From: an uncultured Christensenella sp.
GTDB taxonomy: Bacteria; Bacillota; Clostridia; Christensenellales; Aristaeellaceae
Direction of reading: 5' to 3'
Assembly (NCBI GenBank): GCA_964544245.1
Contig: CAZJCB010000002.1
Location: 1-36,689 of the forward strand
Length of the DNA stretch: 36,689 nucleotides
The position numbers and the translations under genes are program-made. Shown here piece by piece: positions 1-10,630 of this stretch (position 1 is its first letter; each line of letters starts with the position of its first letter). The notes under the pieces are model-generated. The model saw only the letters and a program-made list of their open reading frames with translations, was not told the origin of the DNA and made no database searches.

Positions 1-1949
1 GTCTCATAGTTGCGGCTCTCGATGCGTTTCTGCGCGTTCTCGATCTGCCTGGTCAGCATGCCCGCGGCCAGCGGCTCATCCTCGTTCATCCCCAGTTTGC
101 CGATCAGCGGCTCGATCCGTTCGCCCCCGAAGAGGCGCATCAGGTCATCCTCCAGGGAGATGAAAAACTGGCTGGAGCCCGGATCGCCCTGGCGTCCCGC
201 GCGCCCGCGTAACTGGTTGTCAATGCGCCGGCTCTCATGCCGCTCGGTGCCGATGATGTGCAGGCCGCCGAGCGCAACGACCTGGTCGTGCTCAAGGTCG
301 GTGACCTTCTTATTCTCCTCTTTGAGTTCCAGGAAGCGTTTGCGCGCCAGGCGCACCTCGTCGGACACGTCCTCGTTCTTCCCGGTCGCTTCCTCTATGA
401 TCTCTTCCGGGACTTCTTCCTGGCGCAGGGTCCTGCGCGCGATATAGTCCGGATTGCCGCCTAGGAGGATGTCGGTGCCGCGGCCTGCCATGTTGGTGGC
501 GATGGTCACAGCGCCCAGGTGCCCGGCCTGCGCGACGATGGAAGCCTCCCGCGCGTGCTGCTTGGCGTTGAGCACTTCATGGCGGATGCCGCGCATGGAC
601 AGCATGTGGCTTAAGTATTCGGATACTTCTACGGAAATCGTGCCGACCAGCAAGGGCTGCCCCTTATCATACCGGCGGGCTATCTCCTCGACCACCGCGT
701 TGTATTTTCCCTTTTTGGACCGGTAGACCATGTCGTTGAGGTCCTGCCTGATCATCGGCATGTTGGTGGGCACCTGAACGACGTCCAGCGCGTAGATCCC
801 CTGGAACTCCGCTTCCTCAGTCTTGGCCGTTCCGGTCATTCCGGAGAGCTTTTTGTACATCCTGAAGTAGTTCTGGAACGTGATGGTCGCCAGCGTCTTG
901 CTCTCACGTTCCACCTTGACGTGTTCCTTGGCTTCAATGGCCTGGTGCAGGCCGTCTGAATAGCGCCTGCCGATCATCAGGCGGCCGGTGAATTCGTCGA
1001 CGATGACGACCTCGCCGTTCTGGACGACATAGTCCACGTCCCTTTTGAACAGGGCGTTGGCTTTCAGCGCCTGGAGCAGGTGATGGTTGAGCTCGTTGTT
1101 CTCCGGGTCATTCAGGTTATCCACGGTGAACGCCTGCTCTGCCTTGTGCGCGCCAATGTCCGTAAAGACGACCGCCCGGTCCTTCTCCTCGACAGTGAAG
1201 TCCTCATCGCGCTTCAGGCGGGAGACAAACCGGTCCGCGCGCTCGTACAGGTCGGTGGATTTTTCGCCCTGGCCGGAAATGATCAGAGGCGTCCTGGCCT
1301 CGTCAATGAGGATGGAGTCCACCTCGTCCACGATCGCGTACGCGTGTCCGCGCTGGACCATGTCCTTCTTATAGACGACCATGTTGTCACGCAGGTAGTC
1401 AAAGCCCATTTCATTGTTGGTACCGTAGGTGATGTCACAGGCATAGGCATGGCGCCTCTGCCCGTTGTCCAGGTCATGGATGATGACGCCGACGGTCAGC
1501 CCCAGAAAGCGAAAAAGCTTGCCCATGTCTTCGCCCTGAAACTTGGCGAGGTAATCGTTGACCGTCACGATGTGCACGCCCGCGCCCGCAAGGGCGTTCA
1601 GGTAGGCGGGCAGGCATGCGGTGAGGGTTTTACCTTCGCCCGTCTTCATCTCTGCGATGCGTCCCTGGTGAAGGACGATGCCCCCGATGAGCTGGACAGA
1701 GAAAGGCCGGAGCCCCAGCGTGCGTTTGGAGGCCTCCCGTACAGCCGCGAAAGCTTCCGGCAGGATGGCGTCCAGGGTTTCTCCCTTGGAAAGGCGCTCT
1801 TTGAATATGCCAGTCTGCGCGCGAAGCTCCTCGTTGCTCATTTTTTCAAACCGGGGCTCCATCGCTTCGATGGCTTCCGCCTGTTTGCGCAACGGCTTGA
1901 GCTGCGCCTCGGCGCCAAGCCCCAGCGAGGCTTTCAGCTTGTCGAACAT
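1..1949 (-). CDS. secA: Preprotein translocase ATPase SecA, N-terminal ~650 aa (3' end of the gene lies beyond the window start)
   Basis: Absent from the ORF track because there is no stop in the window. My translation of the minus strand from the ATG at 1949 gives [53 protein letters not shown]...[54 protein letters not shown]. This is the SecA N-terminus including the MKTGEGKT Walker A. An AAAGGAG SD lies just upstream. Confidence 0.9.
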   Translation of the reverse strand, partial: MFDKLKASLGLGAEAQLKPLRKQAEAIEAMEPRFEKMSNEELRAQTGIFKERLSKGETLDAILPEAFAAVREASKRTLGLRPFSVQLIGGIVLHQGRIAEMKTGEGKTLTACLPAYLNALAGAGVHIVTVNDYLAKFQGEDMGKLFRFLGLTVGVIIHDLDNGQRRHAYACDITYGTNNEMGFDYLRDNMVVYKKDMVQRGHAYAIVDEVDSILIDEARTPLIISGQGEKSTDLYERADRFVSRLKRDEDFTVEEKDRAVVFTDIGAHKAEQAFTVDNLNDPENNELNHHLLQALKANALFKRDVDYVVQNGEVVIVDEFTGRLMIGRRYSDGLHQAIEAKEHVKVERESKTLATITFQNYFRMYKKLSGMTGTAKTEEAEFQGIYALDVVQVPTNMPMIRQDLNDMVYRSKKGKYNAVVEEIARRYDKGQPLLVGTISVEVSEYLSHMLSMRGIRHEVLNAKQHAREASIVAQAGHLGAVTIATNMAGRGTDILLGGNPDYIARRTLRQEEVPEEIIEEATGKNEDVSDEVRLARKRFLELKEENKKVTDLEHDQVVALGGLHIIGTERHESRRIDNQLRGRAGRQGDPGSSQFFISLEDDLMRLFGGERIEPLIGKLGMNEDEPLAAGMLTRQIENAQKRIESRNYE

Positions 1950-1979
1950 TCGTGTCTCCTTTGGCGTGTCGCCGGAGGA

Positions 1980-2008
1980 ATTATACCATGCGCGCGTCAG
2001 GAGGGGCA
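1980..2008 (-). promoter_or_regulatory. Putative sigma-A promoter for secA (TTGCCC-17 nt-TATAAT with TG extension)
   Basis: Minus strand reads TTGCCC (2008-2003), a 17-nt spacer, then TGGTATAAT (1988-1980), about 30 nt upstream of the secA ATG. Sequence pattern only. Confidence 0.45.
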
Positions 2009-2085
2009 AGGACGGCAAGCCGCCTGCGGGCTTGCGGAGCAAGGCAAACCGGCATATCCTGTCCCTGAGGAGCGTGAGACCGTCG

Positions 2086-2574
2086 ATGCGCATGGTCCAT
2101 CCGATTCCCCCGTTTATCCGCCCTGACAGCCTCGTCCTGATCCTGGGCAGTTTTCCCTCGGTCAAGTCCAGGGAAAGCCGATTTTATTACGGGAATCCGC
2201 AGAACCGTTTCTGGGACCTGCTGGCAACGCTGTTCAGCGAGTCCCCGCCTACGGGCAACGGTGAGAAAAGAATGATGCTAAAACGCCACCGGATCGCGGT
2301 ATGGGACGTTATCCAGAGCTGCGAAATCACAGGCTCATCCGACGCCAGCATCAGGGACGCGACGTTCAATCCCATTGAAGAGTCAGTTCGGAACACGGGC
2401 ATCCGCGCCGTTTTGCTCAACGGAAAAACCGCCGGCAAACTGTATGAAAAGGGTGTCTTCCCCAAGCCTGACGTGCCGGTGATTGTCCTCCCGTCCACCA
2501 GCGCGGCCAATGCGGCCTTTTCCATGGACAGGCTGCTGCAGGAATGGAAGGCGGCCCTGACCTGCCGGAAATAG
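2086..2574 (+). CDS. DNA-deoxyinosine (hypoxanthine) glycosylase, UDG superfamily family-6-like
   Basis: The C-terminal 163 aa of ORF 1678..2574 carry [49 protein letters not shown] and [11 protein letters not shown], motifs I associate with the hypoxanthine-DNA glycosylase family. The start is ATG 2086 (MRMVHP) or 2092. The upstream part of the ORF is antisense to secA and was discarded. Confidence 0.75.
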   Translation: MRMVHPIPPFIRPDSLVLILGSFPSVKSRESRFYYGNPQNRFWDLLATLFSESPPTGNGEKRMMLKRHRIAVWDVIQSCEITGSSDASIRDATFNPIEESVRNTGIRAVLLNGKTAGKLYEKGVFPKPDVPVIVLPSTSAANAAFSMDRLLQEWKAALTCRK

Positions 2575-2579
2575 AAGAT

Positions 2580-2600
2580 CCCTCCAACAATCGCGGAGGG
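2580..2600 (-). terminator. Weak hairpin between convergent genes, candidate hslU terminator
   Basis: CCCTCC (2580-2585) and GGAGGG (2595-2600) form a 6-bp stem with a 9-nt loop. On the minus strand a U-rich AUCUUCUAUUUCC tail follows. Confidence 0.35.
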
Positions 2601-2620
2601 GCAATTGGGAACTGAATGAT

Positions 2621-3991
2621 TTAGAGGATGTGCTTGCGCAGGTCCGCCTTCTTGGCCGCCTTGACGTGATCCAGCACATACTGCGCGGTGATGGAAAGCG
2701 CCACGTCGGGCATCTCGTCCCCGCCGGCGTTGAAAGAAACGTCTTCCAGCAGTTCCTCAAATACCGCGTGCAGGCGCCTTGCCCCGATGTTTTCCCCGGC
2801 TTCGTTGAGGTTGCAGGCTGCCTGGGCGATCTGGACCAGTGCTTCGTCCTCAAAAGACAGTTTGACCTTGTCCGCCTCCAGCAATGCGGCGTACTGCAGT
2901 GTCAGGGCGTTTTCCGGCTGGCTGAGGATGCGCACAAAATCATCCCTGGTCAGGCTTTTCAGCGTCACCTGCACCGGGAAGCGTCCCTGCAGTTCGGGAA
3001 TCAAGTCCGATACCTTGGCGACGTGAAAGGCGCCCGCGGCGATGAACAGCATAAAGTCGGTTTTTACGCTGCCGTACTTGGTGTTGACGACGCTGCCCTC
3101 CACGATGGGCAGGATGTCCCGCTGCACGCCTTCGCGCGACACATCCGGGCCTGATGAGGCGTTTGAACGACCCGCAATCTTGTCGATCTCGTCGATAAAG
3201 ACGATGCCATGCTGTTCTGCACGGCGGACCGCCTCTTCTTTCACGGCGTCCATGTCGATCAGTTTCTGCGCCTCCTCATGGATGAGGATCTTGCGCGCTT
3301 CCTTGACCTTCACCCGGCGGAGCTTGGTTTTCTTGGGCATCATCCCGCCCATCATGTCCCCGATGTTGATGGAAGCGCCGCCAACCTCCAGCTGGGGGGT
3401 GTTTTCCTCCACCTCAATTTCCAGTTCCTGTTCCTCCAGCGTTCCGTTCTTCAGCTGTTCCATCAGGTCGGCCCTGCGGCCCGTCAGGCGCTGCCGTTCG
3501 TCGTCTGTCTGCTCCGGCTCTTTCTGCCTGCCCCGCAGCAGGATATCGATTGGGTTGGAAGCCTGCCTGGGAGGGGGGCTGGAGAGCAGGGACAGCAGCC
3601 GGTCTTCCGCCAGCACCTCCGCGCGCGTCCTGATCCTGGCCTCATGCTCTTCCTGTACCATACGCACCGCGTTCTCCGCCAGGTCGCGGATGATGCCCTC
3701 AACGTCTCGCCCGACATAGCCGACCTCGGTAAACTTGGTAGCCTCCACCTTGACAAAGGGCGCGTTGACCAACTTGGCCAGCCGGCGCGCGATTTCCGTC
3801 TTGCCCACCCCTGTCGGGCCGATCATCAGGATGTTTTTGGGGAAGATCTCCTCGCGCAGCTTTTCCTCCACCTTGCTTCTGCGGTAACGGTTGCGAAGGG
3901 CGATGGCTACCTGGCGTTTCGCCTCGTCCTGCCCGATGATATAGCGGTCCAGTTCCCGCACGATCTCCCTTGGCGTCAGTTCACGCGTCAT
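2621..3991 (-). CDS. hslU: ATP-dependent protease ATPase subunit HslU (ClpY)
   Basis: [38 protein letters not shown], Walker [18 protein letters not shown], Walker [10 protein letters not shown]. The ORF opens at GTG 3994, but ATG 3991 forms a UGAUG stop/start overlap with hslV. Confidence 0.95.
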   Translation of the reverse strand: MTRELTPREIVRELDRYIIGQDEAKRQVAIALRNRYRRSKVEEKLREEIFPKNILMIGPTGVGKTEIARRLAKLVNAPFVKVEATKFTEVGYVGRDVEGIIRDLAENAVRMVQEEHEARIRTRAEVLAEDRLLSLLSSPPPRQASNPIDILLRGRQKEPEQTDDERQRLTGRRADLMEQLKNGTLEEQELEIEVEENTPQLEVGGASINIGDMMGGMMPKKTKLRRVKVKEARKILIHEEAQKLIDMDAVKEEAVRRAEQHGIVFIDEIDKIAGRSNASSGPDVSREGVQRDILPIVEGSVVNTKYGSVKTDFMLFIAAGAFHVAKVSDLIPELQGRFPVQVTLKSLTRDDFVRILSQPENALTLQYAALLEADKVKLSFEDEALVQIAQAACNLNEAGENIGARRLHAVFEELLEDVSFNAGGDEMPDVALSITAQYVLDHVKAAKKADLRKHIL

Positions 3992-4524
3992 CACGCGTCC
4001 TCCACAATGATGTTGTCGTTTGTAAATACGCAGATGGAAGCGGCGATGTGAAGCGCTTTTTCCGCGACCTCCCTTGCTGGCAGCTCCGTGTTCTGTACCA
4101 GGGCGCGTGCGGCCGCGAGCGCAAAATTGCCACCGGAGCCGATGGCGCAGATGCCGTCGTCCGGCTCGATCACCTCGCCGGTGCCTGAAATCATCAGCAT
4201 CTGCGAATGGTTGGCGGCAATGAGCATCGCCTGCAGCTGGCGCAAGGCCTTATCCCCTCGCCATTCCTGAGCCAGGCTGACAGCGGCGCGCTCCAGGTTG
4301 CCGCCTGACTGGACCAGTTTTTCCTCAAACCGGTCGCTGAGCGTAAAGGCATCGGCGACCGAACCCGCGAAACCGACGATGACCTGGTTGTTGTAGATGC
4401 GCCTGACCTTTCGGGCAGTGCTCTTGAAAATCGTATTCTCCCCCATGGTGACCTGGCCGTCGCCCGCAATGGCGATCCTGTCAAAGCGTTTGACCGCGCA
4501 AATCGTCGTTCCCTTCAATTCCAT
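3991..4524 (-). CDS. hslV: ATP-dependent protease proteolytic subunit HslV (ClpQ)
   Basis: [12 protein letters not shown] (N-terminal Thr nucleophile context), [34 protein letters not shown] lies upstream of ATG 4524. The ORF extension to 4578 lacks an SD and lies inside trmFO. Confidence 0.9.
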   Translation of the reverse strand: MELKGTTICAVKRFDRIAIAGDGQVTMGENTIFKSTARKVRRIYNNQVIVGFAGSVADAFTLSDRFEEKLVQSGGNLERAAVSLAQEWRGDKALRQLQAMLIAANHSQMLMISGTGEVIEPDDGICAIGSGGNFALAAARALVQNTELPAREVAEKALHIAASICVFTNDNIIVEDA

Positions 4525-5845
4525 CACTTGCTCCTTTTTCAAACAGGTCCGGGCGTGAAGCCTTGAGTCGGCCGACATCCTCCAGCGCGCGCTGGGATAG
4601 TTTCAGATACCGCTGCTGCTTGCCGCGCACTTTCATTTGAAGCCGCGGTAGGATGCCGAAATTGACGTTCATGGGCTGAAAATTGCGGTTGGGCGTGCTG
4701 ACGTAGCGACCCAGCGCGCCCATGGCGCTGGTATCCGGAAAAGCCGGGTCATCAAGGCCCCTCATGCGCGCCGCCAGCGTCACACCCGCGAGGAGGCCGG
4801 AGGCAATGCTTTCCACGTATCCTTCGACGCCGGTGATCTGGCCGGCGAAAAACCGGAGAGGATGGCCAATGACGCCGAACCATCTGTCCAGGGTGCCCGG
4901 GCTGTTCAGGAAAGTGTTCCGGTGCATGACCCCGAAGCGTGCAAAAACCGCTTCCCCCAGGCCGGGGATCAATCCGAACACCCGCTTTTGCTCAGGAAAC
5001 TTCAGCCTTGTCTGAAAGCCGACCATGTTGTACAGGCTTCCGGCAGCGTCGTCTTGTCGCAATTGTACAACAGCAAAGGGTTCCCTGCCAGTTCTCGGGT
5101 CCCGGAGCCCGACGGGTTTCATCGGCCCGAAAGCGGCCGCCAAATGCCCTCGCCTGGCGATGGATTCGATGGGGAGGCAGCCGTCAAACAGCATATTTTC
5201 CTCAAAGCCGTGAACAGGCGCGCACTCCGCCGAAAGCAGGGCCTCGATGAACCTGTCGTATTCCTCCCTGCCCATCGGGCAGTTCAGGTAATCGTCTCCC
5301 CTTCCGTAGCGTGAGGCGCGGAAAACAATGTCATAGTCCACTGACTCGGCCGTCACGATCGGCGCTGCGGCGTCAAAGAAATTCAGGGTCCCGGCAAGGC
5401 ATGCGATCTCATCAGCCAGGCCGCCGTCAGTCAGCGGGCCTGTAGCGATGATGTACGGCTCATCAGGCAGTTTGTCCAGAAGCCTGCATTCGATTTTAAT
5501 CAGCGGATGTTCCGCCAGGCGCTGGGTTACCTCATTTGAAAAGCCTTCCCGGTCCACAGCCAGCGCGCCGCCGGCGGGCACGCGGGTCTGATCAGCGACG
5601 CTGATCAGGAGCGAACCCAGCCGGCGGAGTTCTTCCTTCAGCAAACCAGGCGCGTTTTCGAGCCTGTCACCGCGCAGGGAGTTGCTGCAGACCAGCTCGG
5701 CGAAGTTTTTTGAGGTGTGCGCCGGGCTCATACGCTCCGGCTTCATATCAATCAGCGTGACCGGGATGCCCCGCCGGGCCAGCTGCCAGGCGGCTTCACA
5801 GCCCGCCAGACCGCCCCCGACGACTCTCACGCGGGTTTCAGGCAT
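4481..5845 (-). CDS. trmFO: Methylenetetrahydrofolate--tRNA-(uracil54-C5)-methyltransferase TrmFO (Gid)
   Basis: [32 protein letters not shown]-binding fold, [29 protein letters not shown]. 454 aa. Confidence 0.95.
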   Translation of the reverse strand: MPETRVRVVGGGLAGCEAAWQLARRGIPVTLIDMKPERMSPAHTSKNFAELVCSNSLRGDRLENAPGLLKEELRRLGSLLISVADQTRVPAGGALAVDREGFSNEVTQRLAEHPLIKIECRLLDKLPDEPYIIATGPLTDGGLADEIACLAGTLNFFDAAAPIVTAESVDYDIVFRASRYGRGDDYLNCPMGREEYDRFIEALLSAECAPVHGFEENMLFDGCLPIESIARRGHLAAAFGPMKPVGLRDPRTGREPFAVVQLRQDDAAGSLYNMVGFQTRLKFPEQKRVFGLIPGLGEAVFARFGVMHRNTFLNSPGTLDRWFGVIGHPLRFFAGQITGVEGYVESIASGLLAGVTLAARMRGLDDPAFPDTSAMGALGRYVSTPNRNFQPMNVNFGILPRLQMKVRGKQQRYLKLSQRALEDVGRLKASRPDLFEKGASDGIEGNDDLRGQTL

Positions 5846-7961
5846 GCTCGGCCTCAGCCGCTTCCTCCGCTTGCTCGTGATGGCGGCAGGTTTCGTTGCT
5901 GCACAACAGCCAAAGGCTGTTTTTTCTGAATTTTTCCGTCATAAAACTGGCGCATTTGGGACAGTCCTTATCAGCCACTTTGTCCCAGGAAGTAAAGCCA
6001 CAGTCGGGATAACGCTCGCAGCCGTAGAACTTGCGGCCTTTGCGGGACGTCTTTTCAAGCAGGCCCGCTCCGCAGACCGGGCAGAGCGCCTTGATATAGG
6101 TCAGGATGGGCTTGGTGTTGCGGCATTCAGGAAAGCGTGGGCAGGCCAGGAAACGGCCATAGCGGCCCATCTTGTACACCATCGTCGCGCCGCACAGGTC
6201 GCAGGGTATGTCGGAAACCTCGTCAGGAATCTCGACCTTTTCCACCTTGGCTTCCGCCGCTTCCACCATCCCCAGGAAGGAGGGGTAAAAATCCCTGAGG
6301 ATCGACTTCCATTCCGCGCGGCCTTCAGCGACTTCATCCAGCTTGCTTTCCATGCCGGCGGTAAACTCAAGGTCCACGATGGAATTGAAGTGTTCCAGCA
6401 TGATGGCGTTGACCATCTTGCCCATCTGGGTCGGGAACAAACGCTTCTTTTCACGGGACACGTATCCGCGCGCTATGATGGTCCCGATGGTGGGCGCGAA
6501 GGTTGACGGACGGCCGATGCCCTTTTCCTCCAGTGATCGGATCAATGAGGCTTCCGTATACCGCGTCGGCGGCTGAGTAAAGCGCTGTTCAGCGTCGACG
6601 CCCAGGATCCTGACCGGAGCTCCCTGATTCAGTTCAGGCAGTACGCTTTCAGGCTCCTGCCCGTTATCGTCCGTTCCTTCCTCATATACCGCCGTAAACC
6701 CTGAAAAGCTCTTGTGCTCCGCATAGTAGCGCAGGGTCACGCCATCAGCTAGCAGGTCCGCCGACAGGGTCTCATACACCGCGTCCCGCATCTGGCTGGC
6801 CAGGAACCGCGAATAGACCAGGCGGTACAGTTGTAACTGTTCCCGACTCAAGAATGGCTTGACGCTGTCGGGCGTCCTGGTCATGTCCGTCGGCCTGATG
6901 GCTTCGTGGGCGTCCTGCGCGCGGCCGGAGGTCTTGTATTCTTTCGGTTTCAGGGGCAGGTAGGCTTCGCCGTAGTCCTGCCCGATTACGGCACGGACCG
7001 CCGAGACCGCTTCCTCGCTGACACGGACAGAGTCGGTGCGGATGTAGGTGACCAGGCCCTGGCTGCCTTCCTTGCCCAATTCAACCCCCTCATACAGGCC
7101 CTGAATGACCTGCATGGTACGGGACGAAGTGAAATTAAGCTTGCGGCTGGCTTCCTGCTGCAGGGTTGATGTGGTAAATGGAGGCGCGGGCGCCTTTAAG
7201 CGCTGCTTCCGCTTGACCTGGCCGACCTTGAAATCGCCGGCCAGGACCCTTTCTTTTGCTCTTACGGCGCTTTTCTCGTTTCCAATAACAGCCTTTTTAC
7301 CTTTGATTGTGCTGAGCCTGGCCCGCAGCGGTGCTTTCCCCCCCTGATCCTGCCCGGCGGCGAACTCAGCGCTGATCTCCCAGTATTCCTCTGGGATAAA
7401 CGCGTCGATCTCGTCCTCTCGGTCGACGATCAACCGTACAGCGACGCTTTGCACACGGCCCGCAGACAGGCCCTTTTTGACTTTCGTCCAGAGCAGCGGA
7501 CTGATTTTGTAACCAACCACACGGTCCAGCGCGCGGCGGGCCTGCTGCGCGTCCACCCTGTCCATGTCGATTCTGCGGGGCGCCTTGATGGCTTCCTTGA
7601 CAGCCTTTTTTGTGATCTCCTCGAATTCCACGCGAATAGGCTGGCTCTCATCCAGCCCCAGAGCCTGGGCCAGATGCCATGAAATAGCCTCCCCCTCGCG
7701 GTCAGGGTCGGTTGCCAGATAGACCTTGCTGGCGTTCTTTGCCAGTTTGCGCAGCTTCGCGAGGATTTCCCCCCTGCCGTGTATCGTAATATATTTCATG
7801 GCGAAATCCTGGTCTGCCTGGATGCCGAACTGCGACTTTGGCAGGTCCCGGATGTGCCCCTGGGACGCTTCCACCTTGTAGTCCCTGCCCAAAAAACGCG
7901 CTACAGTGCGCGCTTTGGCAGGGGATTCCACTATGACCAGCTTATAACGTTTTTCCTGCAA
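5838..7961 (-). CDS. topA: DNA topoisomerase I
   Basis: Toprim N-terminus KLVIVESPAKARTVARFLG, catalytic Tyr context GLVTYIRTDS, and three C-terminal Cys4-type zinc ribbons (CDLCGA..CPRFPEC, CPVCGA..CERYPDC, CPKCAS..CSNETC). Confidence 0.95.
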   Translation of the reverse strand: MQEKRYKLVIVESPAKARTVARFLGRDYKVEASQGHIRDLPKSQFGIQADQDFAMKYITIHGRGEILAKLRKLAKNASKVYLATDPDREGEAISWHLAQALGLDESQPIRVEFEEITKKAVKEAIKAPRRIDMDRVDAQQARRALDRVVGYKISPLLWTKVKKGLSAGRVQSVAVRLIVDREDEIDAFIPEEYWEISAEFAAGQDQGGKAPLRARLSTIKGKKAVIGNEKSAVRAKERVLAGDFKVGQVKRKQRLKAPAPPFTTSTLQQEASRKLNFTSSRTMQVIQGLYEGVELGKEGSQGLVTYIRTDSVRVSEEAVSAVRAVIGQDYGEAYLPLKPKEYKTSGRAQDAHEAIRPTDMTRTPDSVKPFLSREQLQLYRLVYSRFLASQMRDAVYETLSADLLADGVTLRYYAEHKSFSGFTAVYEEGTDDNGQEPESVLPELNQGAPVRILGVDAEQRFTQPPTRYTEASLIRSLEEKGIGRPSTFAPTIGTIIARGYVSREKKRLFPTQMGKMVNAIMLEHFNSIVDLEFTAGMESKLDEVAEGRAEWKSILRDFYPSFLGMVEAAEAKVEKVEIPDEVSDIPCDLCGATMVYKMGRYGRFLACPRFPECRNTKPILTYIKALCPVCGAGLLEKTSRKGRKFYGCERYPDCGFTSWDKVADKDCPKCASFMTEKFRKNSLWLLCSNETCRHHEQAEEAAEAEHA

Positions 7962-7980
7962 AAAATGCCTCCAACAATAA

Positions 7981-9099
7981 TCATTGGCCTGCCCGCCTGT
8001 ACATCCGGCCGGGCAGGGGCTCGATCAGGCCGGCCAGCTCCAACTCCGTAACCAGCACGTTCAGCTGAGAAACCTGAAGCCCCAGCAGCCCCAGAAGTTC
8101 TTCAAACCCCCTGGGCTCGGCGCACAGCGCATCATATAACCTGCGTTGTTCGTTTGTCAAATCAGGCATCGGCATCGTCAGCTGCTCAGCAAATCCCTTT
8201 TGCTGCCATGCCATGTCCTCCAGGATGTCCGAAGCACAGGTGACCAGGCGGGCTCCTTCCCGCAGCAAACGGTGCGGCACTTCACTGCCCGGCGCGTCGA
8301 CCTGACCCGGAAGAGCAAAAATCTCCCGTCCCTGAGTGAGAGCATGGCCGACCGTGATCAGCGTGCCGCTTTTCTCACGCGCCTCCACCAGCAATACACC
8401 GTGGCTGAGGCCGGAGACCAGGCGGTTGCGGAAAGGGAAACGGAACGCCATCGGTCCGGCGTTGGGATGGAATTCGCTGATGACAGCGCCTCCCTGCGCG
8501 ACCAGACGCTGCGCGAGCGGCGCATTCTCAGCCGGGTAGATGCAGTTAATGCCGGAACCCAGCACCGCGACCGTCCTGCCCCCCGCTTCCAGCGCGCCTT
8601 CATGCGCGGCCGTATCAATCCCCCGCGCCAGGCCGCTGACGATGGTGACCCCGTTCACGGCCAGGTCCCTCGCGATACGGAAGGCCTGTTCCCGCCCATA
8701 GCGTGTCTCACGGCGCGAACCCACCACAGCAATGGACCGCCCCTCTTTCTTCCTCATCGAACCTTTATAAAACAACAGGGCAGGGGAATCAACGATGCCC
8801 TCCAGCAGTTCCGGAAAATCAAAATCCCCCGGCGCGGTCAGCGATATGCCGTGCCTGATGAGGGCTGCCTCAATCCTGCCCAGACCCTTTTCTCTGAGAT
8901 CAAACAGTTCTCCATATGCCTTCTCTCCGATGAGGGGCAGGAGTTCAGACGAAAAATGGTCGAATATGGCTTCGGCTCCCTGAAAAGCTTCCTTCAGGCG
9001 CTCCCGCGCCTTGTAGGTCAGCGACTCACTGCAGGAAAGCCAGGCCTGGCAAAGCCGTTCCCGTCCCTCAGGCATGGCGGTCGCCCCAGTATTTCCCAT
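7981..9099 (-). CDS. dprA: DNA processing protein DprA (Smf)
   Basis: VVGSRRETRYGREQAFRIARDLAVNGVTIVSGLARGIDTAAHEGAL, plus a C-terminal winged-helix-like tail. An alternative start at ATG 9075 (MPEGRE) would give the same ATGCCTGA stop/start geometry as topA/trmFO. Confidence 0.88.
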   Translation of the reverse strand: MGNTGATAMPEGRERLCQAWLSCSESLTYKARERLKEAFQGAEAIFDHFSSELLPLIGEKAYGELFDLREKGLGRIEAALIRHGISLTAPGDFDFPELLEGIVDSPALLFYKGSMRKKEGRSIAVVGSRRETRYGREQAFRIARDLAVNGVTIVSGLARGIDTAAHEGALEAGGRTVAVLGSGINCIYPAENAPLAQRLVAQGGAVISEFHPNAGPMAFRFPFRNRLVSGLSHGVLLVEAREKSGTLITVGHALTQGREIFALPGQVDAPGSEVPHRLLREGARLVTCASDILEDMAWQQKGFAEQLTMPMPDLTNEQRRLYDALCAEPRGFEELLGLLGLQVSQLNVLVTELELAGLIEPLPGRMYRRAGQ

Positions 9100-10615
9100 C
9101 GATCATCCTGAACTGCACCGCCTCAGCCATCGCAGCGGATTCAACCGCTTCATCGCCGTTCAGATCAGCGACCGTCCTGGCAACTTTGATCAGCCTGGTA
9201 TAAGCCCTCATGCTCAGGCCATAGCGTTTGACGGCGTTCTGAAGCAATGCCAGCGCCCCGGGAGAAACCTGCGCCTGGCTTTCCATGTCTTTCCCGCGCA
9301 TCTGGGCATTTGTGCGGATGGCTGACCCCTGATAGCGCTTCGCCTGCAGGTTTCTCGCCAGCCTGACCCTCTCCCTGACCTGAAGGTTGCTCTCCTGCGT
9401 ACCGGCCTTGACGATCTCCTCCACCGGCACGGCGTCCACCTCCACCTGGATATCGATGCGGTCCAGCAGCGGTCCTGAGATCCTGTCCAGATACTTCTTG
9501 ATCTCATGGCTGCCGCAGCGGCAGGGATGCGTTCTGCTGCCATAGTAGCCGCAGGGGCAGGGGTTCATGCTGGCAACCAGCATCATGCGGGAAAGGTACC
9601 GGGTATGCGCCTTCACACGGGTCACGGTGATCTCTCCATCTTCCAGAGGCTGGCGGAGCGCTTCCAGGATTTGCCTGGGGTATTCAGGCATCTCGTCCAG
9701 GAACAGCACGCCGTTGTGCGCGAGGGAGACCTCTCCCGGCCGGGCATTGGCCCCGCCCCCGACCAGGGAAGCCAGGGAGGCGGAATGATGGGGAGAACGG
9801 AACGGCCGCTGGGTGATCAGCCCTGAACCCGGTTTCAGGACGCCCGCGGCGGAATGAATCCGGGTCGTCTCAAATGCTTCTTCCTGGCTCATCTCCGGCA
9901 GCAAACCGGGCAGGCATCGCGCCATCAGGGTCTTCCCTGAACCGGGTACGCCGATCAAAAGCAGATTGTGCCCGCCAGCCGCCGCAATTTCCAGGGCACG
10001 CCTGGCCACCTGCTGGCCTCGAACCTGGGACAGGTCCACGTCAAAGGCGGCTTCCGACAGGCATTCCTGGTAACTTTTCTGTGTCTGCGCAGGGATGTGA
10101 AGCTTTCCTGACAAGTGCTGCGTCACCTCATACAGGCTGGACGCGGGAAAGACTTCCATGCCGCTGACCACCTCGACCTCACGGGCGTTGCCCCTGGGCA
10201 AGATCACCCTTCGGATTCCAATCTCATGGGCGGCGATGACCATGGACAAGGCTCCGCTGATGGGCTGGAGATGCCCATCCAACGCAAGCTCTCCAATGAG
10301 CAGGATATCTTCCAGCCCTGAAACCATCAGCTGGCGGCTGGCCAGGATGACCGAGACAGCGATGGGCAGGTCAAATGCGCTTCCCTCCTTGCGCAGGTCG
10401 GCGGGCGCCAGGTTGACCACGGTATGCCCCGGCGGCATCGTAAAGCCGCTGTTCTTCAGCGCCGCGCCGACCCGGTCGCGGCTTTCCTTGACTGCTGCGT
10501 CCGGCAGGCCGACGATGTTGAACTGGAAGCTGCTGGCGGAAGTGACGTAGGCCTCCACGTTGACAGGCTCTCCCTGGATGCCGTTGAGGGCGAAACATTT
10601 CGTGCGCGCTAACAT
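9068..10615 (-). CDS. comM: YifB/ComM family Mg-chelatase-like AAA+ ATPase
   Basis: Lon-protease-like N-domain, Walker A GVPGSGKTLMARCLPGLLP, Walker B VLFLDEMPEY, Cys cluster CPCGYYGSRTHPCRC. 515 aa. Confidence 0.9.
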   Translation of the reverse strand: MLARTKCFALNGIQGEPVNVEAYVTSASSFQFNIVGLPDAAVKESRDRVGAALKNSGFTMPPGHTVVNLAPADLRKEGSAFDLPIAVSVILASRQLMVSGLEDILLIGELALDGHLQPISGALSMVIAAHEIGIRRVILPRGNAREVEVVSGMEVFPASSLYEVTQHLSGKLHIPAQTQKSYQECLSEAAFDVDLSQVRGQQVARRALEIAAAGGHNLLLIGVPGSGKTLMARCLPGLLPEMSQEEAFETTRIHSAAGVLKPGSGLITQRPFRSPHHSASLASLVGGGANARPGEVSLAHNGVLFLDEMPEYPRQILEALRQPLEDGEITVTRVKAHTRYLSRMMLVASMNPCPCGYYGSRTHPCRCGSHEIKKYLDRISGPLLDRIDIQVEVDAVPVEEIVKAGTQESNLQVRERVRLARNLQAKRYQGSAIRTNAQMRGKDMESQAQVSPGALALLQNAVKRYGLSMRAYTRLIKVARTVADLNGDEAVESAAMAEAVQFRMIDGKYWGDRHA

Positions 10616-10630
10616 CAGGCTTGTCCTTCC

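Noticed and set aside
2015-2035. 7-bp hairpin GCAAGCC-(7 nt)-GGCTTGC in the secA/glycosylase divergent region
   Set aside because: No flanking U-tract, and it lies upstream of both candidate promoters. A short GC stem like this is expected by chance at this GC content.
1080-2126. 348-aa plus-strand ORF (and the overlapping 1678..2085 part of the 298-aa ORF) antisense to secA
   Set aside because: It lies entirely opposite a confidently identified secA reading frame. Its Arg/Gly/Val/His-rich composition is typical of stop-free antisense frames in high-GC DNA. No SD or recognisable motif.
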